This document shows, one piece after another, positions 40,697-54,606 of a stretch of 64,000 nt of DNA. The notes under the pieces were generated by a model. It saw nothing but the letters and a program-made list of their open reading frames with translations. It had not been told where the DNA came from and did no database searches. This DNA comes from Octopus vulgaris (lineage: Eukaryota), in the NCBI GenBank assembly GCA_951406725.2, contig OX597837.1:15500001-15564000 (forward strand), in the 5' to 3' direction. The position numbers and the translations under genes were made by a program. Every line of letters starts with the position of its first letter. Position 1 is the stretch's first letter.

Positions 40697-42346
40697 AAAC
40701 TTAAATTAGATAAAAAGATAGAAGCCCTCCCCCAAAAAGAGGCCTTTATTACTATCAAAGATCACAAAGAAAACTTCCTTTCCAACCCTAAATGTAGGCT
40801 TATCAACCCAGCCAAGTCAGAACTTGGAATTATTAGTAAAGAAATTTTAGATAAAATAAATGCGAAAATTAAGACCGATACTAGGCTAGTGCAATGGTCC
40901 AATAGTATAGAAGTCGCAGACTGGTTTAAAGCCATTAAGAATAAGAAAAAAGCGAGGTTTACACAATTCGATATTGTTGATTTTTATGCCTCTATCTCTA
41001 AAGAACTGCTAGATAAAGCCCTCGTCTTCGCTAGCGACTTCATAGAAATTAGTACTAATGATAAGGATATAATCTTCCATGCTAGAAAGACATTACTTTT
41101 CAGTGAGAATGCAAAGTGGGTAAAAAACACCGACACGGAGGGCGCTTTCGATGTGAGCATGGGTTCATATGATGGGGCAGGCATCTGCGATCTAATTGGA
41201 CTTTTTCTCCTAGATACCTTAGGTAAGACATTCCCTGACGTACATTTCGCCATCTACAAAGATGATGCCCTCGCCTTAACAGCTAATACAAATGGACCAG
41301 CACAAGATCGTTTTAGGAAGGATATTATCCAGTTAATGAAATACTTCGGACTTAGTATAACTATAGATACTAACCTGACGGTTGTCAATTTCTTAGACGT
41401 TTCCTTAGATCTTAATAAGAATATTTATAAGCCTTATAGGAAGCCCAATGATAGACTAAGTTATATTAATGTAGGTTCATGCCATCCCCCTATAGTATTC
41501 AAAAATTTAGTTAAAAATATTAGTAAGAGGATTTCTAGCCTCTCCTCTGATAAGGACGTCTTCAATAGCGTTGCCCCAGTTTATAATAAGGCTTTAAAAG
41601 ATAGTGGTTTTAGCGAAAAAATAAAATATACACCCATTACTAGCCCAACAGTAAGGAAAAGGAATAATAGAAATAGGAAGGTCATCTGGTTTACGCCCCC
41701 TTACTCACCCGAGGTGGCCTTCAATATAGGTAAATATTTCCTAGCACTGATAGATAGACATTTTCCAGTTAACTATACTTATAGGAAACTCTTCAATAGA
41801 CACAATTTAAAAATTAGTTTTAGTTCCACTACAAATTTTAAAAACATAATCAAACATAACATACAAAAAACACAACAAGAAAACAGCTGTTCATGCAGGA
41901 ATAAAGAATTGTGCCCGCTAAATGGAGCTTGCATGTCCAAGACCATCATATATGAAGCTACCGTAAACTCTATAACCACTAAAGACACCGTTTCGACGAA
42001 GAAATACGTGGGCCTTACAGAGGGTAATTTCAAGGCCAGGTTCAATAACCACACTTTGAGCTTTAGGCACTGGAACAAAAGAAAAGCGACACAATTATCT
42101 AATCATATTTGGTCTTTAAGAGATAAAGGTGTCGATTATAACATACATTGGAAGATTTTGGCCAGATGTAAGCCCTATACCAACGGCAGCGGAAGGTGCG
42201 GTCTATGCGACATGGAGAGATGGCTTATCTGGAAAAGCAGCTTAGACCCTACTACATGTCTATACACAAGGACAGAACTTTTCGGATCATGCCCACATGT
42301 GACTAAATTTCTGTTACGTTTTTGGTCCCCTAAAGAAAACAGATAG
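40697..42346 (+). CDS. Penelope-like element polyprotein (RT + CxCx5C linker + C-terminal GIY-YIG endonuclease), 5'-truncated, probably Hydra-type PLE
   Basis: The frame of ORF 40889..42346 stays open upstream to ~40685 (KLKLDKKIEALPQKEAFITIKDHKENFLSNPKCRLINPAKSELG). RT motifs FDIVDFYASI, MGSYDGAGICDLIG, IYKDDAL and NFLDV are present, then thumb VIWFTPPYS, CSCRNKELCPLNGAC and GIY-YIG-like IIYEATV..KYVGLTEGNFKARFNNH..CGLCDMER..CPH. There is no natural ATG; the 5' end is replaced by an inverted 3' UTR copy. Confidence 0.93.
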   Translation, partial: KLKLDKKIEALPQKEAFITIKDHKENFLSNPKCRLINPAKSELGIISKEILDKINAKIKTDTRLVQWSNSIEVADWFKAIKNKKKARFTQFDIVDFYASISKELLDKALVFASDFIEISTNDKDIIFHARKTLLFSENAKWVKNTDTEGAFDVSMGSYDGAGICDLIGLFLLDTLGKTFPDVHFAIYKDDALALTANTNGPAQDRFRKDIIQLMKYFGLSITIDTNLTVVNFLDVSLDLNKNIYKPYRKPNDRLSYINVGSCHPPIVFKNLVKNISKRISSLSSDKDVFNSVAPVYNKALKDSGFSEKIKYTPITSPTVRKRNNRNRKVIWFTPPYSPEVAFNIGKYFLALIDRHFPVNYTYRKLFNRHNLKISFSSTTNFKNIIKHNIQKTQQENSCSCRNKELCPLNGACMSKTIIYEATVNSITTKDTVSTKKYVGLTEGNFKARFNNHTLSFRHWNKRKATQLSNHIWSLRDKGVDYNIHWKILARCKPYTNGSGRCGLCDMERWLIWKSSLDPTTCLYTRTELFGSCPHVTKFLLRFWSPKENR

Positions 42347-42549
42347 AACATGCTTTCTATGTTATGTCCCAAGAAGATTTTATATATTTTTATATATTTT
42401 TTATATATTTTTTATGTATTTTTATATAATTTTTATGGCGAAAAATGCGAGCGATGTATAAGTACGCAGGCAAGCAGAGTTATAACACAGTAATTTCCCT
42501 TTGTATAACGGTATTTTTTCATATTTTTTCATAGCGTTTTCAAATAGCC

Positions 42550-42609
42550 AGATAACCGAAGAGATGTCGTGGATTCCCACTTCGGCATCTGAAACTCAGA
42601 GTTTTATCT
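42550..42609 (+). ncRNA. Minimal type I hammerhead ribozyme-like motif in PLE 3' UTR (variant core)
   Basis: agataa-CCGAAGA-gatgtcg(tggattcccactt)cggcatc-T-GAAA-ctcagag-TT-ttatct. Stem I is 6 bp, stem II 7 bp, stem III is palindromic (ctc-a-gag), and the cleavage triplet is GUU. Confidence 0.7.
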
Positions 42610-42634
42610 TGACTATCGAGTAATGTAACATATA

Positions 42635-42710
<76 letters not shown>

Positions 42711-42714
<4 letters not shown>

Positions 42715-43973
42715 GATAAGAGTAAATAATTTCTATAAAGGCTTTTAAAAAAACCCAATTATTTACTGGTAGAATTCGGTATGTAAATATAGCCGATTAC
42801 CGGCAGGAACTTCTGTAAAGTTCAGTATATATATTGTATATAAGAAAAAGGGACAGGCAAAACAGGTTGCTTGACCGCATACCGAAAAAATAGAAATAGC
42901 AGTCAAGAATGCTTATTTCTATCAAAGTTGGACTCCGGGCATGACAGACCCTGTAATTCACATATGCAAAACAGAAGGAATAGATAACGAATACGAAGTC
43001 TGGCGGTTATCTGTGAACATCATGTTTCTGGATTATAAACATATTGAATATATATTCCATATATTTTAGAAATATATTTCATATATATTGCATATATATT
43101 TCACATCCTTCTTCAGCACAGCTTTCCATTGAAAAAGATTTATCATAGATTTATCAAATGCTACGTACCTCAAACCTTCTGACCATGCGACATCAAAATA
43201 TTTGAAGAAAGTGAGCAAAGGCTAAATCTACATAGACGTTTGAATTCATAAATCTTCCCTCCAAAATTCTGCCATGCGCATTACAAAAATAGGTTGTCAA
43301 AGGGAGTGAAAAATCTAAATAGTAATATTATGATAAGAGTAAATAATTTCTATAAAGGCTTTTAAAAACCCCCAATTATTTACTGGTAGAATTCGGTATG
43401 TAAATATAGCCGATTACCGGCAGGAACTTCTGTAAAGTTCAGTATATATATTGTATATAAGAAAAAGGGACAGGCAAAACAGGTTGCTTGACCGCATACC
43501 GAAAAAATAGAAATAGCAGTCAAGAATGCTTATTTCTATCAAAGTTGGACTCCGGGCATGACAGACCCTGTAATTCACATATGCAAAACAGAAGGAATAG
43601 ATAACGAATACGAAGTCTGGCGGTTATCTGTGAACATCATGTTTCTGGATTATAAACATATTGAATATATATTCCATATATTTTAGAAATATATTTCATA
43701 TATATTGCAAAGGATGTGAAATATATATGCAATATATATGAAATATATTTCTAAAATATATGGAATATATATTCAATATGTTTATAATCCAGAAACATGA
43801 TGTTCACAGATAACCGCCAGACTTCGTATTCGTTATCTATTCCTTCTGTTTTGCATATGTGAATTACAGGGTCTGTCATGCCCGGAGTCCAACTTTGATA
43901 GAAATAAGCATTCTTGACTGCTATTTCTATTTTTTCGGTATGCGGTCAAGCAACCTGTTTTGCCTGTCCCTTT

Positions 43974-43977
<4 letters not shown>
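42711..43977 (-). mobile_element. Tandem plus inverted array of a PLE pseudo-LTR/3' tail
   Basis: 42711-43092 is directly repeated at 43328-43709 (period 617). 43710-43977 is the reverse complement of 42843-43110. The array carries a hammerhead motif and is bounded by (TA)n. Confidence 0.7.
43011..43121 (-). ncRNA. Hammerhead ribozyme-like motif with long AT-rich stem II (second PLE tail family)
   Basis: Minus strand reads ctgtg-CTGAAGA-aggat...atcc-A-GAAA-catgatg-TT-cacag, with a perfect 5-bp stem I. Confidence 0.6.
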
Positions 43978-44020
<43 letters not shown>

Positions 44021-44130
44021 TATATGTTACATTACTCGATAGTCAAGATAAAACTTATACATATATAAGCAAAAATGCTAGTTTTAAAATTTCTCTCATT
44101 GATCAGCGCAGTAGTTGTACTAACAAGTAA

Positions 44131-44574
44131 TATTCGTAGCCACTTCAGCAGACTCTACTGCGATTTATTAACCCCAAGAGGACATCTCCTTTAGGTGATT
44201 AACGAGGCAGAGCTGCATCCGATAAACTACGAGCAGGGAAGCGAACCCCTGCCACCTTCTAGCGACGGGATTAGCAGATCCGTCCTGGTTTCGGGCTATT
44301 TCTGTCACTCTTCAGTACTGGATACATCGTCTACTAGAGATGTCAGTAGCTCGCTTCTGCACGCAATATATTTCAAGCGAACGAAATAGCCCGAAACCAG
44401 GACTGCTCTGCTGGTCCCGTTGCTAGGAGGTGGTAAGGGTTCGCTTCCTTGCTCGCAATTTATCGGATGCAGGTCTGCATCGTTAACCAGCTAGAGGAGA
44501 TGTCCTCTTGGAGGTTAAAAAATCGCAGTAGAGTCCGTTCTAACGGACAGCCATGTTGAAGTGGCTACGGATAT
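44131..44574. repeat. Long imperfect foldback (~170-bp arms), probably head-to-head PLE tails
   Basis: 44151-44302 and 44383-44535 are ~88% identical as inverted arms, with terminal tcgtagccacttca/tgaagtggctacg. The minus strand carries a decayed hammerhead (CTGAAGA-gtgacagaaatagccc-GAAA-ccagg) and a downstream AATAAA. Confidence 0.65.
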
Positions 44575-45390
44575 CATATATCCAAAAGTGGGCCGAGTAG
44601 AAGCTGTCCCAGAAAAGACGGGCAGAGTTGGCGAATGCCTGAATCTGTTTCTGCTATTTTTTTTTTTTTTTTTACTTCTTACACACTTTTATGTGGCCCT
44701 ACAACAACGCTTCACAACGGCGTTGGTTTGTTTATGATTCCGTGACCCAGCGGTTCGAAAAAAGAACTGATAGAATAAGTACCAGGCTTAAAAATAATAC
44801 TAAAAAAAAAAAAAACTAAATAAGTTCCGGAGTCGATTTGTTCGACCAAAGACGGGGAATCGGTTTGTCACGTCTTTGCGTAATCCCAGTTCTGTACCTC
44901 GCGTTTTCTACCTTCACAAACGTTCTTTTGTGAACTCTTCGAGGAAAACACAACAACAACAACAACAACAACAACAACTACTACTACTACTACTATTTTG
45001 TTTGGCTTGCATTGATGCGACTGAATTTTAATAGAAATTTATTTAATGCGAATTTTATTTTTATTTTTATTTTAATTTTTTTTTGCTATAAGGTAAAAAT
45101 AATAGAAATTATTCAAATATTTTTTTATTAATGTAAAATACAAGAATATTTTATCTTTATTTCTTTAGGTGAACTATTTAACATATCTGACGCCCTGGGG
45201 ATTGAATAACAAAAGATGAAGACGAAAACGAAAAAGAAGTCGATTAAATGAAATCACCCACGGCTAGAATTGTGAACCGGCGAATCTTTGTATTGAGTCG
45301 CTGATTTATTTGGTATTTGGCGAGAATTGTTTGGAAATTTTGGTTTTAAGAAACGAATGATGTATAATTGTATAAATTGAATACCATTAC

Positions 45391-46902
45391 AAGGCGGTGT
45401 CTTGGCAGAATTATTGCAGCGTCGGAATTAAGAAGCGCTTTTCGGTTCTTGACGTTCTGATTTCAAATATCGCCAAGGTCGACTTTGCTTTTCAGACTAT
45501 CGGGGTCGATGAAATAAAGCAATAGTCAAGGAATGGAGCTGAAGTAATCGGTTTGTCCTCTCCCTTCAAAATTAGAAAGGATTATTTGAATATCAAGAGC
45601 GGCGAGTTGATCAAAATCGTTCGAGCAGCGGGAAAAAATACATTTCTTCCGGCTCTTTTATGTTCGGAGGTCAATTTTGCCCTTCATTCTTTCAGATCAA
45701 CGAAATAAGTACCTAAGTCAAGAACTGGGGGTGTTGGTATTGACTATCCACCCGCCTCAAAGTTGCTGGTCCGGTGCCGAAAAAAAAAAAAAAAACCCCA
45801 TCATTTATATATCAACCAGGAGCGGCGGACAATATGCCGTGCAATATTTCTCCCGGTTCTAACGCTTTGGGTTTGAGGTTAACTTTATGTTTTATGCCCC
45901 TGGACTCGATAAAATAAAATATAAGACAGGTACACAATTCGGTGTAATTGACTAACCCCTCCCCTCAAAATTGCTGGCCTTGTGCTTAAATTAAAAAGCA
46001 CTAAAATAAAAGGCGGCGTGCTGGCTGAATCGTTAGAGCCTCGGTAAGAATGGTTTGTTGTATTCGGTTCTTTATGTTGTTAGTTCAAATCTTGTTGCAG
46101 TCAGCTTCGCCTGTTCTTTTTAGGACCAAATCTAAAAATTCGGATCGATGTTATCAACTTACATTTTCGCCTCAAAACTGCTGACCTTTGACCTAATTTA
46201 GAAATGATTTAAATATCAACTACAAAAGCTCGAACTGATCTCATTATTTCTCCATTGCAAGGGCAGCGAGCTGGCAGAACTGTTAGCATGCCGGACCAAA
46301 TGGTCAGTGGCATTTCGTCCGTCTTTATGTTATGAGTTCAAATTCCGCTGAGGTCGACTTTGCCTTTCATCCTTTCGAGGATGAAAGGCAAAGTAAGTAC
46401 CCGCAAAATAAGTACCAGTTACGCACTGGGGTCGATGTAATCGGCTCAGCCCCACCTCCCACAAATTTCGGGCCTTCTGTCTATAGTAGAAAAGATTATT
46501 TCTCCATCGGAAGGGCAAGCAACGAGCTGAGCTGGTAGAATCGTCAGCACGCCGGACGAGATGCTCAGCGACATTTCGTCCGTCTTTACGTTCTAAGTTC
46601 AAATTCTACCGGGATCGACATTGTCTTTCATTCTTTCAGGGTCCACAAAATAAGTACCAGTCAAATACTGAGGCCGACCTTATCGACTTTTCTCTCCCCC
46701 TAAAAAATGCTGTTTCTTTGCTAAAAAAGTTGAAATCGTTATTCTCCATTGGAAGGCGGCAAGCTGGCAAAATCTTGAGCGCGTCGGACAAAATGCTTCG
46801 CGGTGTTTTTTCCGGTTCTTAGCGTTCTGAGTTCAAATCCAGCTGAGGTCATCTTTGCCTTTCGTCCTTTCAGAATTGATGGAATATGTACCGGTCAAGC
46901 AC
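45391..46902 (+). repeat. Head-to-tail cluster of ~7 SINE family B copies
   Basis: Repeated aaggcggcgagctggcagaa..gttctgagttcaaat..gactttgcctttcatcctttc..aagtaccag units every ~200-260 bp. Confidence 0.75.
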
Positions 46903-46918
46903 TATGACCAATGGTATC

Positions 46919-47150
46919 TATTTCTTTATTACACACAAGGGGCTAAACACAGAGGGTACAAATAAAGACAGACATAGGTATTAAGTCGATTACATCGACC
47001 CCAGTGTGTAACTGGTACTTAATTTATCGATCCCGAAAGGATGAAAGGCAAAGTCGACCTCGGCGGAATTTGAACTCACAACGTAACGGCAGACGAAATA
47101 CCGCTAAGCATTTCGCCCGGGGCGCTAACTTTTCTGCCAGCTCGCCGCCT
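46919..47150 (-). mobile_element. tRNA-derived SINE family B, young copy with target-site duplication
   Basis: Full-length copy flanked by the 16-bp direct repeat tatgaccaatggtatc (46903-46918 and 47151-47166). Confidence 0.9.
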
Positions 47151-48417
47151 TATGACCAATGGTATCGACACACTCTTTGCCTTCTATAAAAAAATAAATG
47201 ACAAATAACTAAAATATTCCATAATTGCCTTAAAATGTTCTGTTAATTACTAACAGTCATTAACACGACAATTAAGTGAGAGCACGAGAGTCCAGTGCAC
47301 TTGTGTTCCGGATAATCTTGATGAGTAACGGACGAAAAGGATTTTCTTAATCGAAAACTTCTAAAATATGAAATACGATGATGGTTGGATATTTACTCCT
47401 TGAAATAAGGGATCCAAATAATTATCACATAACCCCTGCAGTTATTTTAATGAATGATGCCCTCCTTAAGCATCAGCCTTCTTTTGTATAAAAATATTTC
47501 TACAGAGCTTCTCAGTTGTGTCTAGGGAAGGTCATTATGCCAACGAACGCGCACACACACACTGGCTCTATTTCACTTCTTTATCATTTATTTTTCAATT
47601 GATTAAGTGTTTAACCTATTGACAAATCGATTTTTTAATTAATAGTCCTGTTAATCAATCAATCAATCAACCAATCAGCAAGATTTGTGAAAGTGCTTTC
47701 GTCACCATTCGCGACCGCATCAGTGTCGTTTCTTCTCTGCTCTAGGTCTGTTTATCTGTTTGTCTGTCTGTCTGTGTCCGAGATACAACAAAAAATATTA
47801 CATGACATCACATCAAGAAACTTGTAAAGTAAATACGAAAACGATGACCTGTACGAAGCCCTTTTTCTAAATTTATAGTCTAGTTTAATAGACATCTTGA
47901 ATTTATGACGCCTGATGAGGGGGACAAAGTAGGTTTATACTTGTATGATCTGGATGCTGCAGTTACCGGTTTCTCTAATAAAATTGCAGAAAGAATGAAA
48001 TTGCCGAAAGAAAGAAACAGAAAGAAAAACGAATGAAATGTCCATCAACAATGTTTAAGAGCAAAAGATTTCGTTAAATCTTTTATATTTCCCTTGTGTC
48101 AGTCATTAGACCGTGGCCACGCTGGGGCACCACCTTGAAGAATTTTTAGTCGAAGGAATCGACCACAGTAATTTTTTAAAGCTTAATATTTATTCTTTCG
48201 GTCTGTCTAGCCGAACTGCCATGTTACGAGGGCGTAAACAAACCGACACCGGTTGCCAACCTGTGGTGGACACACGCGCGCGCACGCACACAAATATATT
48301 TCAGTGCCTTCTGTTTCTTTCTATTACACTCTATACTATTATAACAGCGTTCTGGACCATTCATGTATTGAGTTCTACGCCAGATTATTAGTCTCACACA
48401 ACCTAAGCGAATTATTA

Positions 48418-48452
<35 letters not shown>

Positions 48453-48661
48453 CATAGCACACACGTATACATACAAAGATACACACATTTTTTCAAAAAT
48501 CGATATCGCAGCCATATTGCCTGATTCAATAGAATCGATGAGAGGCATCCTACCTCAACCGGCGGACCTAATATGGAGATTAAAAGAAGCCGGAATAGAA
48601 TAGAGTATTACTTCGTCCATAATAAACAATGTTCAAATCGTACCACACTTTTTCTAGAAAT

Positions 48662-48730
<69 letters not shown>

Positions 48731-49187
48731 CATATGCTAAATTATTTTTGATGAAATGTAAAGGTCAATATAAATGTCCGATTCTTTGTTGTTCCGTTCT
48801 GATCGCATTCATATTTTATGCTTTTATTAAACAGTCTCTTTTTTTATTGCTGGTGTATTACATTTATTCCTCATCCCTTTTATCCTTCCATGCTTTATTT
48901 TATTGTTTTTATGAGAAGGATATTCTTGCATGTGTCTCTGTTCCATGTGGAGAGTATGCTACTCCAACCAAAATATATTATTACAGAAGAAAAAAGCAAA
49001 ATGGCAAGTAAAAAACAAAAAACAAGGGACTTTCTGAGAAGTCACCTGAGGAGATGCATCTGCACCTACGATGTGTGGGAATTGTTTGTATAACATCTCA
49101 CCTGTGAACGACCGGTAATGATGGGTGGAAATAGTGGTTCTGAATAAAGAGTCTCGTGAATTCCATTTCCTCTCTCTCATATTTTTA

Positions 49188-50078
49188 CTAGCAGACGTAC
49201 CCGGTAATTCCTGGGAAAGCAGATCTTATCCCTTGGTTCCGTTCTCATAATTGTTTCACTAATACAGTAACAACAATACAAAGTATGTAGCCCTTAAAAT
49301 GGTTTTTGTGCATTTACAGAGAATACCGAAATGTCTTACACAGGATCTTGTTCTTAGAAATTCCAAATAAGTTATAAGTACCCAAATTGTGAAGTCAGTT
49401 ATGTAATAACGTGAAATTAGTTACCCGATAGTAAGAATTTAAATAAAGTAGCTCCGAAAAGGGCTTTAATGCATTCCCAGAGTTTATAGAACTTAGGAGG
49501 AAATACTAATAAGGTATGTATACTAAAATTGTGAAGCATGTTACATAATAACAGGCTAATTAGATATGAATAAATAACTCTGAAAAGTGCTTTTGTGCGT
49601 TCCCAGAGAAATATTACCCTCAGTGGCGCTAGTGTTGGTATATTCGTGAATAAGCCACTAACCGAAATAAGTGGATCTGTTGTGTTTAGGAAAATAGTAT
49701 TTACTTGTTTAAGGGCTGTACTGGATAAATTGCGAAAATAACTCTGACAGTTCAAATACTAAGAAATAAACATACTCAACTTCATTTTTACCAAATAATT
49801 TAGGAAAATGAATGGTTTATTTACCTTGGCTATCTATAAGGATTCATTCTAGGGGCGAATGGGTTATTTCCCTTGGTTTTTAAAATAAAATATATAAGAT
49901 ATATAAGGATCCCTATTATCGATTTTTTTTTCAACTATCTGAGTATGCCATAAGGTTTCCAGACATGAGTTCTACTCACGTGTCAAGTTTCAATAAAATC
50001 GATAAAACGATGTAGGAGGAGTTAGCTAACAACTCCACAAACACAACCACAGACAGAATTTCTCACATATGTAGAAGA
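49188..50078 (-). mobile_element. Non-autonomous Helitron-like element
   Basis: Minus strand starts A|TCttctacatat and ends with hairpin cccaggaattaccggg then tacgtctgCTAG|T. Confidence 0.6.
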
Positions 50079-50797
50079 TAAGCATAACAACAATAACTGA
50101 TTGTTATTCCATGCCAGAGCAATCACATATAATACCAATAAACATGGAATCTTCAAACTTTTTTTGATTTCATGTAAGATGTTATGAGCATATGCATCTA
50201 AGATTTCATTTTGTATGGCATCAGATAGGAAATCAACTCGTCATTTAAGCCGCTGACTTACGTCTGCGCCACATTTCTTTAGCAAATTCTTTTATGAGAT
50301 TTACAAAGTTTCCTGTGATATGCGTTAACTTTCTCTTCGAAGATGGAACTAGTAACTTCTTTTATCTTTTACTAAGGATATTCTTTGATCCTTCCACAAT
50401 GGAACTGCGAACTGCTATTATTTTTTACTAAGGATTTTCTTAATTCTTTGATCATGAAAATGTTAACCATTTTTATCTTTCACCAAGGCTGTTCTTTAAT
50501 TCTTCAATGAACTGGTAACTACTAATATCCTTTATTAAAGATATTCCTTAATTCTTTCTCTCCATAGACGGAATAGTTAGCTTACATGGAAACCTTTGTT
50601 CAATGACATATGATCTGCATGCTCAGCTATTCCAGAAACAGCTGTAAGAAACTTTACGTATTATTTTTTAATCCCTTATTTACTACAACTACTCTGCGAT
50701 TGTGTTTGTATTATAAATTACATGTTCTAAAGTGAAACCACATGTTTCACTTGTTCATCTCTCTCTAATATTTAACGACCAGCTCAGTGATGAACCA

Positions 50798-50841
<44 letters not shown>

Positions 50842-50885
50842 CATATATATACATACATACATACATACATACATACATACATACA

Positions 50886-50921
<36 letters not shown>

Positions 50922-50939
50922 TATACATGAATGTTTAAC

Positions 50940-53195
<2,256 letters not shown>

Positions 53196-54606
53196 GAGAC
53201 GCAACGCTTTCAGATATTGTGGCAAACACTTTTACAAGACGAGTATCGCTCTTTGAGTCTTCGTGAGTAGGAACTAGGGACAGGCCGAAGCGAGATGACC
53301 ACGAATCACGTAAAACCGCAGCTTTTATATCACGTGTGTGCGTGCGTGAGTGTGCGCGTGTGTGTGTGTGTGTGCATGCATTTGTACGTACGTGCGTATG
53401 TGTGCGTGAGTGTGTGTTTATGTTGTTTGTCCTACACCCCCTGTGTTTGTTTATGTCCCCTTGACTTAACGGTTCAACAAAAAAGCATCGATAGAATAAG
53501 TGCCAGACTTTAAAATTAACTCCTGTGGACGCTTTGTTCGACGAAACCTTTCAAGGCTGTGCCCCAGCATGGACGCAATCCAATATGTGAAGCAAGAAGA
53601 GAAAAAAGAAAAGAAAAACACCATGAGAAGCTGTAGTGGAGCTACACGACATTCACAACAGCAACAACAACCGATTGTCGGTTTAACCACAATTCTACAA
53701 AGACGAACTTCTAAGTCAATCCTTACCACTGCCAGTTCTTGTCAATTTCACGAAGCCCTAAACCCGGGGCGGGGAAACTTTTTAGAGCGACGGACAAAAA
53801 TTTCCTAAGAAAAAGGTCCACGGACGGATCACAAGTTCTAGCTCTTATATCTGTGTAAATCTTGTATATATCAACGTATAATTTGATATACATTAATAAA
53901 GATAAGTTTAACATATTAAATTAACGCGTAACGTCTTCATTAACGCCGCCACTGAATTTAGGATGTTTATATTACTTATGAGGTATTCTATTATCTTCAG
54001 CTAAAGTGTTGTTGGGTATCAAGGGGGGGGGGGGGTACATACCTAGGAATATGAGATTTATTGTGAAAACAAAAAAATTCCATTCAAATGGTAATTACCG
54101 GACGATTTCTGATCTTTGAAACCGCAGTGGAAACGCGACCCAAGTCGCAAATAGCTATACGAATATTATATAAATTTTGATTGAAAAATTAACTATATTT
54201 TGTACAGATGAGTATATAAGCCTTCAGGCACCAGAAGACGGGGTCGCGGGGGTTTCCCCCACCCCTACTCTAAAGCAAAGCATTTTGCCTTCTACATTCA
54301 AATATACATCACAATTTTCAAACATTATATACAAATTTGATGGCAAGAAAATCCTTTTATTTTTCCTTTCATTTTAGTGACTGGATAATGATGCATGAAA
54401 CTAAATTCTAACACTTCCATACAAAGACCTTTTCGATAACAACCAGATTTGTCAACGTGTAAGGCGCATTTAAAACAACTTCCCATCGTTTTCAGAAGTT
54501 CAAGGAAGAGTTGTTTCCCTTGACACAGTTTTTTTTTCAAAGAGAAACAATTCCCATCATTCAAGATAATTATTATCTCCCTTGAATATTTGATCAATTA
54601 CTTGAT

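Larger units (their letters stand above)
40331..42642 (+). mobile_element. Penelope-like retroelement insertion with inverted pseudo-LTR, inside (TA)n
   Basis: 40399-40697 is the reverse complement of 42344-42642 (299 bp, 2 mismatches by eye). The left arm carries an extra ~68 bp of element 3' end to 40331. (TA)n runs lie on both sides (40297-40330, 42639-42710). Confidence 0.9.

Noticed and set aside
44151-44535. Apparent G-U bias in the foldback arms, suggesting ADAR-edited, retrotransposed dsRNA or RNA-level selection
   Set aside because: A manual count gives 7 G-U versus 4 A-C transitions plus 6 transversions and an indel, which is not a convincing bias.
45391-46902. CRISPR-like regularly spaced repeats
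   Set aside because: The units are ~200-bp degenerate SINEs in a eukaryotic context, with no cas genes and no identical short repeats.
47905-47970. Canonical CTGATGAG upstream of AATAAA
   Set aside because: There is no matching stem II/GAAA partner.
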